A DNA stretch of 64,000 nucleotides, from NCBI RefSeq assembly GCF_006345805.1, contig NC_043000.1, positions 94,550,001-94,614,000 of the forward strand. The letters run 5' to 3'. The notes under the pieces are model-generated. The model did not search any database, was not told where the DNA came from, and saw only the letters and a list, made by a program, of their open reading frames with translations. This stretch comes from Octopus sinensis (Eukaryota). Position 1 is the stretch's first letter. Every line of letters begins with the position of its first letter. A program made the translations under genes and the position numbers. Positions 12,756 through 26,579 of this stretch are shown here, in pieces.

Positions 12756-12777
12756 GTGTGTGTGTGCGTGCGTGTGT

Positions 12778-12842
<65 letters not shown>

Positions 12843-13511
12843 AAGATAGATAAATAGATAGATAGATAGAAAGATATATATATATATATATATATACATA
12901 TATCTGCCTATGTATAAACATAAACATAAATATCCAAGTATTTATACATAAATATATGTATATGTGTGTGTGTGTGTGTATGTAAATAAGTAAGATTATT
13001 TAAATATAAAGACATATTTTTGTATTATAATTATTCTTTATCTCAAGAGTTTCTTATAGGTAATTCTTTACATGCCTATCTAACATGTAAATCTTTGTGA
13101 TTCTTATTAGCAAATGGAACACGTGTAATGAAGAATAATACCAAAAGATTTCCAATTTCGTATTTTATTATAAGTCATAGGTATATTTATGAACACACAG
13201 AAACAGGCATGAAACTATCTACAATCATTTAGACACCTTCCTCTGACCCAGGAAAGGCAGCTGAAAGATGGCAGGAGTTTTGTATGCATGTTTGTGTATG
13301 TGCGTATGTAGGTGCATTTATGCGTATATTTATGTGTATCTATATGTAAATCTATTTGTGTCAACCTATGAATACATATAACCTTTATTCAATATGCCGT
13401 ATGCTCTATTTTCTTTCGCTTTTTAGACATAAATTTGCGCATTGAATACATACATAGATACATGCATATTACATATACATACATACACACTCACACGCAC
13501 ATACACTCATT

Positions 13512-13577
<66 letters not shown>

Positions 13578-15187
13578 ACACATACACATATGAATTGCCG
13601 TGTGTATGTGTATGGGTCAGTGTGTGACCTAGCATAAAGAAGAATACGATGACAGCTTGGCTTGTCCATATATCTGTGCCATAATGCAGTTCATCAAATG
13701 TCAAACTATATAAATGTCTGGTGAAAAGGAAGACATGCGTTAGATTAACATAAAGCACGAATTCAAATTATAATGCAACTTCTATTGAAGAAAGTTGCTA
13801 TCAATACTTCATAGAAATGCATGGGATGTCAATGAATGATTTGTAAGTGACAGTGGTAAGTATAAAATAATCCAACTTTGATAGTTCTGCACGTCGTAAT
13901 CCACATGAAGGAGCCTTGATTCATGCCAAGAGAAACAGAATAAGAATAAATAAAAGCTGCAGAACACGAAAGAAAGCGAACAGCAACTAGAGACGTTTTT
14001 TCTTGAACGAGAAGTGCAATATAATTAGTCGAAATAGTAGAATCATATATTGAATACGGAAAGGGACTGATTAGAACATAATGATATAGTTAAAGGAAAC
14101 TCGGATAATTTTCCTTTCTTACCTCATTGGTTTAGAAATCTATACTAATTCTTGCGATATATTTAATATCGATTTCTATCGATAATATGTCCAATACAAC
14201 AATAATCGATGGTATAAAATCTAGGTAGAGTACTTCGTGAATCTATCTGAGGCTGATTAAAACAATATTTTAATCAAACTCACGTAGGTTCAATTGCGTA
14301 CGCAAAGTATATTTCAACACGGCAAACTTTTGGTAATGCTAATGTCTCAATACCAGTGTATCTTAGGTCAATGAATTCATTGTTGTGAATATATATCGTT
14401 TGAAAGATGGTTTTCTCTGAAAACTGAATTTAATAGAGATTTACGTATTCTCGTTCAAATCTGCAGGAATATATTAAAAATAAATATGCACATCGTTTTC
14501 TTTCCTGCTGTTGTCGGAGCACTTGAAAATTTATTAAACATAAGCTTATATTCAATTTCATTGGTAAGGACCGATGTGTATTATAAGTGACATTATCATT
14601 CTACTATTCATAGCTGTAATATATTCTACTATTTCATAGCTGTAATATAGTTGATTGTTCATGAAAATGAAATGCAATGTTGATTTTGATGGATTTGATA
14701 GTAGGACCTTATCGGGCATAATCTAAATTAAGTCAAACCTCCGAGAATCTGCCGCTATGCGATTCCAAATCTGTAAACCAGTTGTTTTTCAACCTAGGAA
14801 GTAGCGCACACCTAGAAACATTATGAACTCACAATTGTATGGAAAATAATACCAAGTGACACTATCAAGGGTTTTGAATGATTAGAGGAGTCGTAGGTTT
14901 GTTTGTTCTATTTTTAAGAAATAAAATATTCACGCAAGACAAAATTGTTGCGTATTAAACATATTTCCCAGAGAACATTTGATTATAATTGTTTGGAATA
15001 TTGTTTTCAGTGATATCAAATAGCCCCAGGTGTGAATTGAACTGAAAATTTGAAACTCCAGCGTTCATAATACAATTATCACAAATCAATTGAGTTGTGA
15101 TACTCTCAGAAATCGATATCATTGGAACTGATAGTGTTAGTAGAATTGTATTCCAAAATATTTTTTAGTATATATATATATATATAA

Positions 15188-16602
15188 GTTAGGCGGCTAT
15201 CTGACAGAATCGTTAGTACGCCGCAAGAAATGCCTGACACTTCTACCATCTTCACGTGCTGAGTTCAAATTCCACCGACGTCGATTTTTGCATTCAATCC
15301 TTTCAGGATCGATATGATCGACTTAAGCCCTCCCTTGAAATTTCTGGCCTTGTGCCAATATGTTATATTTTATCCCGTATTCTTTTCCATTCAAATACAT
15401 CCATTTGGATTTCTTCTAAGTTTACTGATAGATATATAAATATATATCTATCAGTAAACCTATAAAAAAATATAGGTAAAATACTGAAATGTGTGGATAT
15501 TTTTTATACAATATAGTTGTAACTAAATATAATGAACATGCAGCTCATGGTTGAAATAAATAGTTGTAGTTCCGTTTGCTTACTTACGTACCGTCCAACC
15601 ATTATCTTTCACTTCCATAATTTAAGTTATTTCTCTTGATATGATGTATAGAAATACGAAGTTGCAATATTTTCATAATTTTTCCTAATACTTATGCAGC
15701 TCTAGGTCTTATACGCGTAATTTTCTCGGTGAATTTGTTTATTGTCAGTTGGAAAATATTGATGTCAAATTTAATTCGGACGCCTGGCTTTAAGCTATAA
15801 GCTGTGAAGTAATTAAGTATTTTGAGATATGATGACAGGTTCTATGGAGAAGAAATCATCAGTTGGTGCGAAGCATGTATGCATATATATATAATATATA
15901 TATATATAAGTTAGGCGGCTATCTGACAGAATCGTTAGTACGCCGCAAGAAATGCCTGACACTTCTACCATCTTCACGTGCTGAGTTCAAATTCCACCGA
16001 CGTCGATTTTTGCATTCAATCCTTTCAGGATCGATATGATCGACTTAAGCCCTCCCTTGAAATTTCTGGCCTTGTGCCAATATGTTATATTTTATCCCGT
16101 ATTCTTTTCCATTCAAATACATCCATTTGGATTTCTTCTAAGTTTACTGATAGATATATAAATATATATCTATCAGTAAACCTATAAAAAAATATAGGTA
16201 AAATACTGAAATGTGTGGATATTTTTTATACAATATAGTTGTAACTAAATATAATGAACATGCAGCTCATGGTTGAAATAAATAGTTGTAGTTCCGTTTG
16301 CTTACTTACGTACCGTCCAACCATTATCTTTCACTTCCATAATTTAAGTTATTTCTCTTGATATGATGTATAGAAATACGAAGTTGCAATATTTTCATAA
16401 TTTTTCCTTAATACTTATGCAGCTCTAGGTCTTATACGCGTAATTTTCTCGGTGAATTTGTTTATTGTCAGTTGGAAAATATTGATGTCAAATTTAATTC
16501 GGACGCCTGGCTTTAAGCTATAAGCTGTGAAGTAATTAAGTATTTTGAGATATGATGACAGGTTCTATGGAGAAGAAATCATCAGTTGGTGCGAAGCATG
16601 TA

Positions 16603-16607
<5 letters not shown>
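15188..16607. repeat. Near-perfect tandem duplication, 722-723 bp unit (15188-15884; 15910-16607)
   Basis: Copies identical by eye except a 1-bp T indel; identical ORFs at 15256 and 15978; junctions lie in (TA)n. Confidence 0.95.
15191..15365 (+). mobile_element. SINE family A with internal deletion (duplicated at 15913-16087)
   Basis: Head GGCGGCTATCTGACAGAATCGTTAG, B-box GAGTTCAAATTCC; core joined to tail across TCGAT microhomology. Confidence 0.75.
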
Positions 16608-16656
<49 letters not shown>

Positions 16657-17863
16657 AATGCATATAAATACACATATTTACATATATATGTATATATTTA
16701 TATACACACACATATACATATATATATATATACATACTTATATATATATATACATGCATAGATAGATACATATATACACCTATATTTGTATATATATACA
16801 CCTATATTTGTATATATATAAGTATATTAATGCATACTCGCATGTATGTATGTACGTACGTATGTATGTATATATGTATATATGTATGTATGTATGTATG
16901 TATGCCTGAATATTTGCATGTGTGTAAGAATATAATTTATCCTCCCTCTTAGGCATTGCGCTACTAATAACTAGTTCTTAGTACTGTACATATCCATACT
17001 ATACAGTAAGCCATCAGGACAATACAGAGTGTAATATCGATCTCAATCAATGAATGATAAAAGAGCAGGTGTTTCATAATCGCTTGTCTTAGAATACAAG
17101 TCTTACTGCAATAAGTTTGCACGCACCCATAGCTATATGTGTGTGCGTGTTTTTTTTTATATTTATGACATTAGTCTGCCATCGTTTTTAACTTGTAAAA
17201 TTATTGTAAAAACAAGTGAAACCTTATGAGGCATTGTTGATGTTGGAGATATGCTCGATGGTAACACACGAAACTATTTCAATAACTTTCATATCTATTG
17301 CCATTTATTATTTGTTTGTTATTTATGTCTTGTACAATATATATTGAAGTAGAATGTGATATTTGGTAGTTATTGCAGCTATATTCTCATCCAATATGTA
17401 GATAAATGGTATAGGTTGTTATAGTTTTTTTAAAATTCCCACGAGTATATTTGATCAATCTCTCATAGAAATAAGATTCAATGTTGATTTTGGAGGAGTT
17501 GATGTCGAGACTTAATCTTACGTAATATAAATTACGATAATCTGTCGGATTTGCAGTGTCATTCCAATATCCGATAGAATATTTTGTATTTATTCCCGAT
17601 CTCTGCATCCTGGGTTTATACCTTGCATAGGTCAACTTCGCCTTTCATCCTGCAAAGATACAGAAAAAAAGTACCAGTCCAGTTAATACGAGAGTAGATT
17701 CATCTCTTTTTCTCTTTCCCTTTCTCTCTCTCTCTCTTTCTCCTTCTCTCTCTTCCTCTCTTTTTCTTTCTCTCTGTCCCTCCTTTTCGCTTTCTTGTAA
17801 TATGCAACAATGTTCCTTCAGAATGATCGTGGGTGACAATTCACTGTAATCGTTTCTCTATAG

Positions 17864-17874
17864 ATGAAGAATGG
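17864..17874 (+). CDS. Candidate 11-nt micro-exon
   Basis: TTTCTCTATAG|ATGAAGAATGG|GTAAGC; splice signals only. Confidence 0.2.
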
Positions 17875-18302
17875 GTAAGCGAGGTACCAAGCAATTTCTC
17901 TTCTCGTACAAGCTGCCGAAACAACTCAAAACAGATCAATGTGCAAGTCAGCACAAAATGGCCAAGAAAAATCATGCAATATTTATAATCTGTGATCGAT
18001 ATTTTCTTTTTGTTACTTTGATTAATATCGTTAAATATCAGTGAAATATTGACTAAGAGTTTTCCTTAGTTTATATAATTTCCATAAAATATAGACTGAG
18101 AATAGACCAGTATTATCAGCTTCCATTTATTTCTTTTCCTATTGTTCACCAACGCTTATCTCCTTGCTTTTGCATGTATAAACTTACTTCATTTAAACAC
18201 GACGTGGACTTTCATATTTGGTTTATTTTATATTTGTCATCCTCCCTTACGAATCATTCAATCTCTTCCAAACACAAACATACATTCACACGTACAATAT
18301 AT

Positions 18303-18339
<37 letters not shown>

Positions 18340-18507
18340 TCATACACGCACACGCACACATGCACACACATACATAAATAAATGTATCTAAATGTATATA
18401 TACATATGTATACACAGGACATTAAAAATGAATTCGTTTATTCACAGTTGCAAATGCTGGTGCCAAATTTTAATCTAACGCCTGTCTTTTTTCTGACATG
18501 ATGACAG

Positions 18508-18534
18508 ACGATATAAAGCACAAGTAATCCGAAG
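18508..18534 (+). CDS. Candidate 27-nt exon (RYKAQVIR)
   Basis: GACAG|ACG...CGAAG|GTGAGC; one open frame. Confidence 0.22.
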
Positions 18535-18973
18535 GTGAGCTAGCTGTGATTTCTATGTAGGCTTATGTTTTTATGTTTCTTTGAGCATATATACATTTTT
18601 ATATACGTATACACACACACACACACATATACATATATATATACACACACACACACACACAATATCTATATGTATATACATATATATACACACACACACA
18701 CACACATCCATATATATACATACATATTTATTCGCTTATATACATGCACACACATACACATGTATATTTATATGGAAGTCATATATCTACTTCACATGAT
18801 ACATCATAAGTTTTCAACAAAATCTATTCAAACACTTTTGATAAAGTTATAGAGAAGTTGTGTATTATATATCAATTATAACATGTGACTACCGATCCGC
18901 CATATAGAGCGCACATCAGAATATAAAACTGAAACTATTCAATATTTTTTAGCGCGTATTGGCATATTTATTT

Positions 18974-19180
18974 GGTGGTGAGCTAGTAGGACCATTAGAA
19001 CATCGAACGGAATTCTTAGCAGCATTTCTTCCTAGATTTTAAGTTTTGAGTTCAAATTCCACTGAAGTCAACTTTCTCCTGAATCACTTCTTGATCGTAA
19101 AATAACGTATTTCTGAAGTACTGGGATCGATATAACCGATTTATCTTAGCACTCTCAAAATCCCTGGCCCTGAACCTTGT
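18974..19180 (+). mobile_element. SINE family A, diverged
   Basis: GGTGGTGAGCTAGTAGG head, GAGTTCAAATTCC B-box. Confidence 0.6.
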
Positions 19181-19291
19181 AAGAGACACGGGTCGCGTTC
19201 AAGGGGAATGATGGGAGCTTGGTCACTTATGCGACACTTAACCGACCTTATGAGTCTCAGTACCCGAGAAAAAAAGATATCAAGATAATTT

Positions 19292-19705
19292 AGGCGCAGG
19301 CGTGGCTATGTGGTACGAAGCTTTCGTCTCAACCACATGGTTCCGGGTTCATTTCCACTGCGTAGCACATTGAACAAATGTCTTCTACTATAGCACTGGA
19401 CCACCCAAAGTCTTGTGAGTGGATTTGGTAGATAGAAACTGAAAGAAACCCGTCGTATATATGTATATATTTGTATATATGTGTGTGTTTGTGTCTGTAT
19501 TTGTTCCTCAACCCATCACTTTTGACAACCAGTCTTAGTTTGTTTATGTCCCCGTGACTTAGAGTTTCAAGAAAAATAAGCCTAGTACAATAGAATACTT
19601 ACTAGGCTTTAAAAATAAGTACTGGTGGGGTCGATTTTTACGACTAAAACCCTCCAAGATGGTGCTCTAGCATGGCCGCAGTCAAATGACTTAAACAAGT
19701 AAACG
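19292..19705 (+). mobile_element. SINE family B, full length
   Basis: AGGCGCAGGCGTGGCTATGTGG ... GCATGGCCGCAGTCAAATGAC. Confidence 0.9.
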
Positions 19706-19778
19706 AAACAAAGACGAATGCTTCAGTTTTTCCCGCGAATGAAGTATTCTAAAGAAGCTTTAGGTTAAATTAATAATG

Positions 19779-20046
<268 letters not shown>

Positions 20047-20080
20047 TGTTATTATTATTATTGTTATTATTATTATTATT

Positions 20081-20545
20081 GAGTGAGAGAGCAGTGCATG
20101 CCATCAAAGTGACACTGGGGTAAAATATACGAAGCCCAATATACCCATCATGACTACCCGTCTGATAAAGGTACACCAGGCACATGCATCACAACCATAT
20201 GTGCGCGACATGGTGATCTCATATCAAGATAAACAGCACATGACCTTGCAGGTGGGGCCCAGTTAGAATTTTCTTCAGGTTGAGTAGCCCATCCCGCTCA
20301 AAAGGTCCCTGAATAAGGATTGTTTAAGGATGTTGAAAGAACCACCCATGTTTCCATAGGTGAACCATTCAAACCCCAAAGAATCCCTCTCAACACATGG
20401 CTATGATGCTCCCCCACTACTTCTGCTCGTGATCAGAGATGCACATATCGTCAGCCACTAAGGGACATGCTCAACTGGTAAAGGTCAAACAACTGACAAG
20501 CAAATCCGTGGTATTGAGCAGAATATTTGCTGTAGCCCATCTTTT
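20081..20545 (-). mobile_element. Unclassified AAT-tailed element (family C), 5'-truncated
   Basis: Homologous to 41621-42120 (opposite strand); ends CTCTCACTC-(AAT)n; flanked by (ATT)n on both sides; no recognisable ORF. Confidence 0.7.
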
Positions 20546-20570
20546 ATTATTATTATTATTATTATTATTA

Positions 20571-20613
<43 letters not shown>

Positions 20614-20645
20614 GTTATTATTATTATTATTATATTATTATTATT

Positions 20646-21074
20646 CAGTAGTTTTATTTTTATAGCGTGCTTTCACTTCACTACCGAGCGCAGCTCTGTG
20701 TGCCTTGGGTATGTGCTGTGATTGTTGTGATGCTCTGATGGTTATTGTATGGAAAGTGTTCTGCGTAGGATGTGTGCAGTGCCTAGTAGTGCAATTTTCT
20801 GTATGTTATATGTGTTTGTAAGTCCTGGTGTTTTTGTTATGTATTTGTCTGAATATTTTTTTATCATGCCTAATGCACCTACTATGATAGGAATTGTTTC
20901 TGTTTTTAGATTCCACATTCTGGTTACCTCTATTTCCAGGTCTTTGTATTTTGAGAGTTTCTCCATTTCTTTTAGAGACACGTTGTCATCTGCCGGTATT
21001 GATACATCATTTTTTTTCTTCATGATCTCTGACAACTATATCTGGTCTGTTGGCCTTAATTTCTCTAATGATAA
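20646..21074 (-). mobile_element. R4/Dong-clade RLE non-LTR retrotransposon, 5'-truncated 3' end
   Basis: DVSIPADDNVSLKEMEKLSKYKDLEIEVTRMWNLKTETIPIIVGALG...ALLGTAHILRRTLS*, short 3' UTR, (AAT)n tail. Confidence 0.9.
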
Positions 21075-21084
21075 ATTATTATTA

Positions 21085-21137
<53 letters not shown>

Positions 21138-21157
21138 GTTATTATTATTATTATTAT

Positions 21158-22502
21158 GTCTTTTCCTTCTTTCTTCAAATTTTCTTCCGTTTCTCGCCGA
21201 GTGTTTTCCATACACCTAGGGCAGAGAAGGGCATTGTATGCCTTCCCAGATTACACGCGCAAATTCACAGATAAAATATGTATTTAAAAATTAATAAATA
21301 AATAAATTCATGGATGAATGTTATTTTCACAGTGATAGTGCTCTTCTCAGTACATGAGCCGTTCCAGTTAATACGATTTTTTGCACTTCCTGTAGGGATG
21401 GTAAGCCTGGAATCATTTTCAAATAGGTTTCAGTGCCTTTTTTCTTATCATTCCTAGAGATCCTACAATCACTGGTACTGTAGTCGCCTTGAGATGCCAC
21501 ATTTTTTTCAATTTCCATTAGCAGGTCTTTATATTTACTAATCTTGTCAAATTCTTTCGCCGCTATATTGTGATCACAGGGAATACTCATGTCAATTAAT
21601 AAACACATCCTTTTTGTCTAATCTTTTAAAATGATATCCGGTTTATTGGCTTTTATACTCCTGTCGGTCTGTACGGGGAAGTCCCATAGAATCGACACAT
21701 TTTCTCCCTCAGTCACAGCTTTAGGATGATGTTTATACCATTTGTTAGCGGTTTTGATTTTATAATGCCGACATATTGTCCAGTGTAAATACTGGCCGAT
21801 TCTGTCATGTCTTGCTTTATATTTTGCAGGTGCTAAGACTCTACTCCCTGAGATTAGGTGGTCTATTGATTCAATCTCATCGTTACAGAATCGGCATTTT
21901 GGGTCAGCTCCATTTTTCATCACATTGGCTTGGTAGTTCTGGGTAAATAAGCTTTGGTCTTGAGCAGCTAATATGAAACCTTCACTCTCTGCTTTTAGCC
22001 CCGAACTTCGTAACCATTGGTGCGTGTGTTTCTGGTAGACATCAGCTTGTTTGCTACGGGCCACATACTTGCCTTGGAGAGGTTTCTGTTCCCATCTGCT
22101 AGCTAAATTTTCATGTGCTTTTGTCTTTGCAATTAATTTTATCTTCTTTGCAGCTGCAGTTGGCGCATTTCCTTCAGCCTGCTCAATCTGGCGGGTATCT
22201 AAGAGATCAGCAGCGAATTTTTTGCTCTCTTTGAGAATAGAGTTAAGTTTTTTTTAGGTCTTTCATGTTTTTCAACAAGTTTTAGCATCCAATCGTTGGT
22301 TGCTTCAAGGTATTTGGCCAGTCCGATTGTGAGGGTTTTGTATGTAAGTTCAAGCTGGATCAAACCTCGACCTCCCTGAGCTCTGGGGAGGTAAAGGCGA
22401 TCCACGTCTGCCTTTAGATGGTGCATCTTATTACAAGTCAGTAGCTTGCGGATTTTCCTGTCAATTTTCATTATTTCACTAGTATTCCAGTTAAGCTCAT
22501 TG

Positions 22503-22503
<1 letters not shown>
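21158..22503 (-). mobile_element. R4/Dong-clade RLE non-LTR retrotransposon, 1.35-kb 5'-truncated copy with frameshifts
   Basis: DVDRLYLPRAQGGRGL; EGFILAAQDQ; CRFC..ESIDHLISG knuckle; RHD; NKPDII..D endonuclease; GTAHVLRRALSL*; (AAT)n tail. Confidence 0.92.
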
Positions 22504-22590
<87 letters not shown>

Positions 22591-22600
22591 ATAGTAGTAG

Positions 22601-22670
22601 TCAGGTGACTGCCTGGAATCGAACTCGGAATCTTAGGGTTAGTAGCGTGTGATCTTAACCACTACGCCAT
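22601..22670 (-). mobile_element. tRNA-Ser-like SINE head (family E)
   Basis: TGGCGTAGTGGTTAAG A-box, CTACTAA loop (cf. tRNA-Ser GCU CTGCTAA), GAGTTCGATTCC B-box, followed directly by (ACT)n/(AAT)n. Confidence 0.75.
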
Positions 22671-22683
22671 ATGTGTATGTATG

Positions 22684-22719
<36 letters not shown>

Positions 22720-23266
22720 CTGAATGACACACCGATACACATGATGCAATGAATAACAGTTACACAGAACGATATAGGGTAGCTAGCTTATGCCTATACC
22801 TACAAGAACATGTGTATGTGCTCATGGATGTGCTGAAGCTACCCAACAAGTAACACAATGGGAGGCAGTGGAGCTATTTGAACCAGAATGAGAAAGATAT
22901 AACTATTAGTCTACGCTTAAACAGTCGGAGGAAGTAGGTATGAAGAAAGAAAATGAGAAAGCAATAGTGTGAGAGTAGAGAAAGGATTGTTAGAAGTGTA
23001 TGAAGATTGAAAATTATTTAATGTATTGTCACATGCAGTAGTGATAGTGTTTCGCGTTGGGTGTTGGGGTGAAGTGAATCTGAGATTTAAGAATATCTTA
23101 GGAGGAAGGATGCGTGGGCTTGGACAATGATGATAGGATATAAAAGTCGAGTAGAACACACCACACACACACACCACACACATAATTATATATATATATA
23201 TATATATTATATAATATATATATATATATATTATATATGTGCATATATATGTTATATATATTATAT

Positions 23267-23297
<31 letters not shown>

Positions 23298-23534
23298 ATA
23301 TATATACATGTATGCATAATATATATATATATGTGTATATATATATACATATACAATGTATATATATATATACATATTTATGTATATATATATATGTATG
23401 ATATATATATATATATACATATATGTGCATGTATTTCTGTATTCAATTCGAGGCATGTGCATATGTGCGTATATATATGAAAATATATAGAGATACTCAT
23501 TAATGTATATATATATATATATACACACACACAC

Positions 23535-23571
<37 letters not shown>

Positions 23572-24085
23572 ATGCATGACTATATACGTGTATATGTGTG
23601 CGTGTGTGCGTTTATGCATATATAAATACACATATGTGCAGGTAGGAAAGTGAGCATCGGAATGTATATGTATGCACATTTTTTTATCTCTACACGACGT
23701 AGGATGAGAGATAGCATGGACATTCGATATATGTGGGAACGTCCGTGTAGTGAGGCTGGAACATATTTTTCAAATATAGATAAGAATAAGAATAGGGATG
23801 ACATGAAAAAATGACAAGTAAAATCTCAACGTACGAGAAACGGTGACAATAGCAGTTATTTAACCGGTAGGAAACAGAATTTCACATTTTCGTTTATCTC
23901 GTATCATCCATGGCTCAAGTTAGATATGTTATTTTTTTTCTTACGTTTTTTTTTGTAATTGTTTCTTTATCATCCTTCATAATAAAATATCATACACAAC
24001 ACTTTTTTGGTTAGACACATGTATGTGCATATTTGTATGTATAATCATATACATACAGATATATATATATATGCGCGCACGCGTG

Positions 24086-24122
<37 letters not shown>

Positions 24123-24740
24123 ATATGTATGCATACCTGTCTCTCTTTCTATATATATGTATATGTACACACACACTCACACATATGTATGTACATATGT
24201 AGTATATATTTTTATGTATATGTCTATAATATGCAAACGTATGTGTATGAGTGTGTGTTTGTGTCTGTCTGTTTGTCTGTGCTTGTGTATGCTTATAAAA
24301 GAATGCACGCTTATACGTATATATGTGTGATCAGTGAGCAAGTATGCATGCATATCAAAGTATATGTACCTGTTTGTGCTACACTGCCATCAATAATCAA
24401 AGGCCATCTGTTATAAAATAACTTACTTTTCCATCAAATTACCACAGTTGTGAGGATTCAGACATATGCACTCCTATAACATGACATTTCAAATTATTTT
24501 CTCATGTTTTATGCCAAATCTATAAACAGACATTCTGTGAGACTTTTCGTAGAAGAATTCTGCAGATGAGCTTCGAGGCTCTGAATAATTTTTAAGGTAA
24601 TAACTCTATTCTAATGTAAACCTTTACATTTCAGTTTTTTTTATTAATTATGTGTGTGCATTTTTTATATATAGACACATGAATAAATAGATATACATAT
24701 ATATATGCATACATATATGTATGTATGCATATATATTCGT

Positions 24741-25075
24741 TTACTTTTTATTCCTTTACTTGTTTCAGTCACTTGACTGTGGTCATGCTGGAGCACCGCC
24801 TTTAGTCGAGCAAATCGACCCCAGGACTTATTCTTTGTAAGCCTAGTACTTATTCTATCGGTTTCGTTAGCCGAACCGCTAAGTTACGGGGACGTAAACA
24901 CACCAGCATCGGTTGTCAAGCGATGTTGGGGGGGGGGGGACAAACACAGACACACAAACATATACGCACACATGCACATATATATATATATATACATATA
25001 TACGACGGGCTTCTTTCAGTTTCCGTCTACCAAATCCACTCACAAGGCTTTGGTCGGCCCGAGGCTATAGTAGAA
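24741..25075 (-). mobile_element. SINE family B lacking its head
   Basis: Near-identical to 7836-8165; breaks into (TA)n at 25075. Confidence 0.9.
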
Positions 25076-25090
25076 TATATATATATATAT

Positions 25091-25268
25091 TGTGAGCCAC
25101 TAAACCTTTTTCTATTTTCTCTCACTGTTTAATTTCGTGTTCCTTTCTGCCGAAGAGCGTAGACTTGAAATGTAAAAGACTTTCTCACTTCCTGAGCGTT
25201 AAACTAATAAATCTGTTTGTTGTTTAAACACCCGTCTTCGTCTTTTGTTTTTTCTAAATTCTCACTAT
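25091..25268 (+). mobile_element. Short (TA)n-flanked repeat (family F) with PLE-like end
   Basis: Homologous to 55971-56090; contains CTGCCGAAGAGCGTAGACTTGAAATGTAAAAG. Confidence 0.7.
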
Positions 25269-25785
25269 ATATATATATATATATTTAAAGAAAAGAAATG
25301 GAGGAATAATTAAGAATGAGAAGTTCATCATCGGTATTAAGCAGTCATTGTTTAATTGTAGATCGGAACCATTTACACATGTTTCTGTTTACCAAATCGA
25401 GGTGAATTTGCATTTGTCTCGTTCCATTCAGCAAACATCGTCAGAATGATTTAGAGGAATATAAATAGGAGAAAAGGGAAAAGAAAGGAAAGAATTATTC
25501 ATCTAATTGAAGAAACGTACAAGTGGAACCCAAAAAGTCACTAAAATTTAAGCCTAAAGACGTAACGAAAATTTTCCTTTTCGTTTTTCTTTTCTTTTCT
25601 TTTCTTTTCCCTTTCCCCCTATTTATAAACCTCTAAATCATTCTGACAATGTTTGGTAAATGGAACGAGATAAATTCAAATTCACTACGATTTGATAAAC
25701 AGAGACAGCTGGATTGGAACTTTAATAGTATTGTATTGTAAATTATATTCGTTTATTGTATTATAATGTGGGTGCATGTGTGTGC

Positions 25786-25885
<100 letters not shown>

Positions 25886-25910
25886 GTATATATATATATA
25901 ATATATATAT

Positions 25911-26141
25911 GTTTCTTTATTACCCACAAGGGGCTAAACACAGAGGAGACAAACAAGGACAGACAAACGGATCAAGTCGATTACATTGACCTCAGTGCGT
26001 AACTGGTACTTAATTTTATCGACCCCTAAAGGATGAAAGGCAAAGTCGACCTCGGCGGAATTTGAACTCAGAACGTAACGCCAGACGAAATACGGCTACG
26101 CATTTCGCCTGGTATGCTAACGGTTCTGCCAGCTCACCGCC
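25911..26141 (-). mobile_element. SINE family A, full length, young
   Basis: Minus: GGCGGTGAGCTGGCAGAACCGTTAGC head, GAGTTCAAATTCCGCCGAGG, GCCTTTCATCCTTTAGGGGTCGATAAAATTAAGTACCAG core (Meta-domain-like from memory). Confidence 0.9.
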
Positions 26142-26142
26142 G

Positions 26143-26199
<57 letters not shown>

Positions 26200-26579
26200 C
26201 ATACATGCATACATACATGCATACACACGCCCATACATATGTACATCATTTGAGCGACTCACTGGCTTATCAGTCAGGAATAACTATGGCATTAAGCCGT
26301 TCATTCAGGCAATATACACCCGCGTAATATTTATGAGTGCATAATTATATGCATATTTACTTGAAAATGTATGCCTGTTTTTTTAGCATTCATGCAATGT
26401 GATTGAAATTCATGAATATACGAAGGAATTTAAAGATGTGAAAAGGCTTTATTTGACTGTGCTTGCTGAGCCTTCCTTATTGTAGCAAATGTACATTTGC
26501 TACCGTCTCTTTAAATGATGGCACTTCTCAGTAATTTCATCATGTTGAATTATTACTTACCTGACACACATTTTATCAG

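Noticed and set aside
17387-17635. 82-aa minus ORF
   Set aside because: The start lies in an old SINE-A core; no recognisable motif.
20749-21219. 156-aa hydrophobic plus ORF
   Set aside because: Antisense of the R4/Dong endonuclease plus translated (TTA)n.
24530-24596. Exon-like segment TFCETFRRRILQMSFEALNNF*
   Set aside because: Weak acceptor, stops in all frames before the donor, no linkage evidence.
26555-26563. Perfect CAG|GTAAGT donor on minus
   Set aside because: No open upstream frame, and a chance match is plausible in 128 kb of both-strand sequence.
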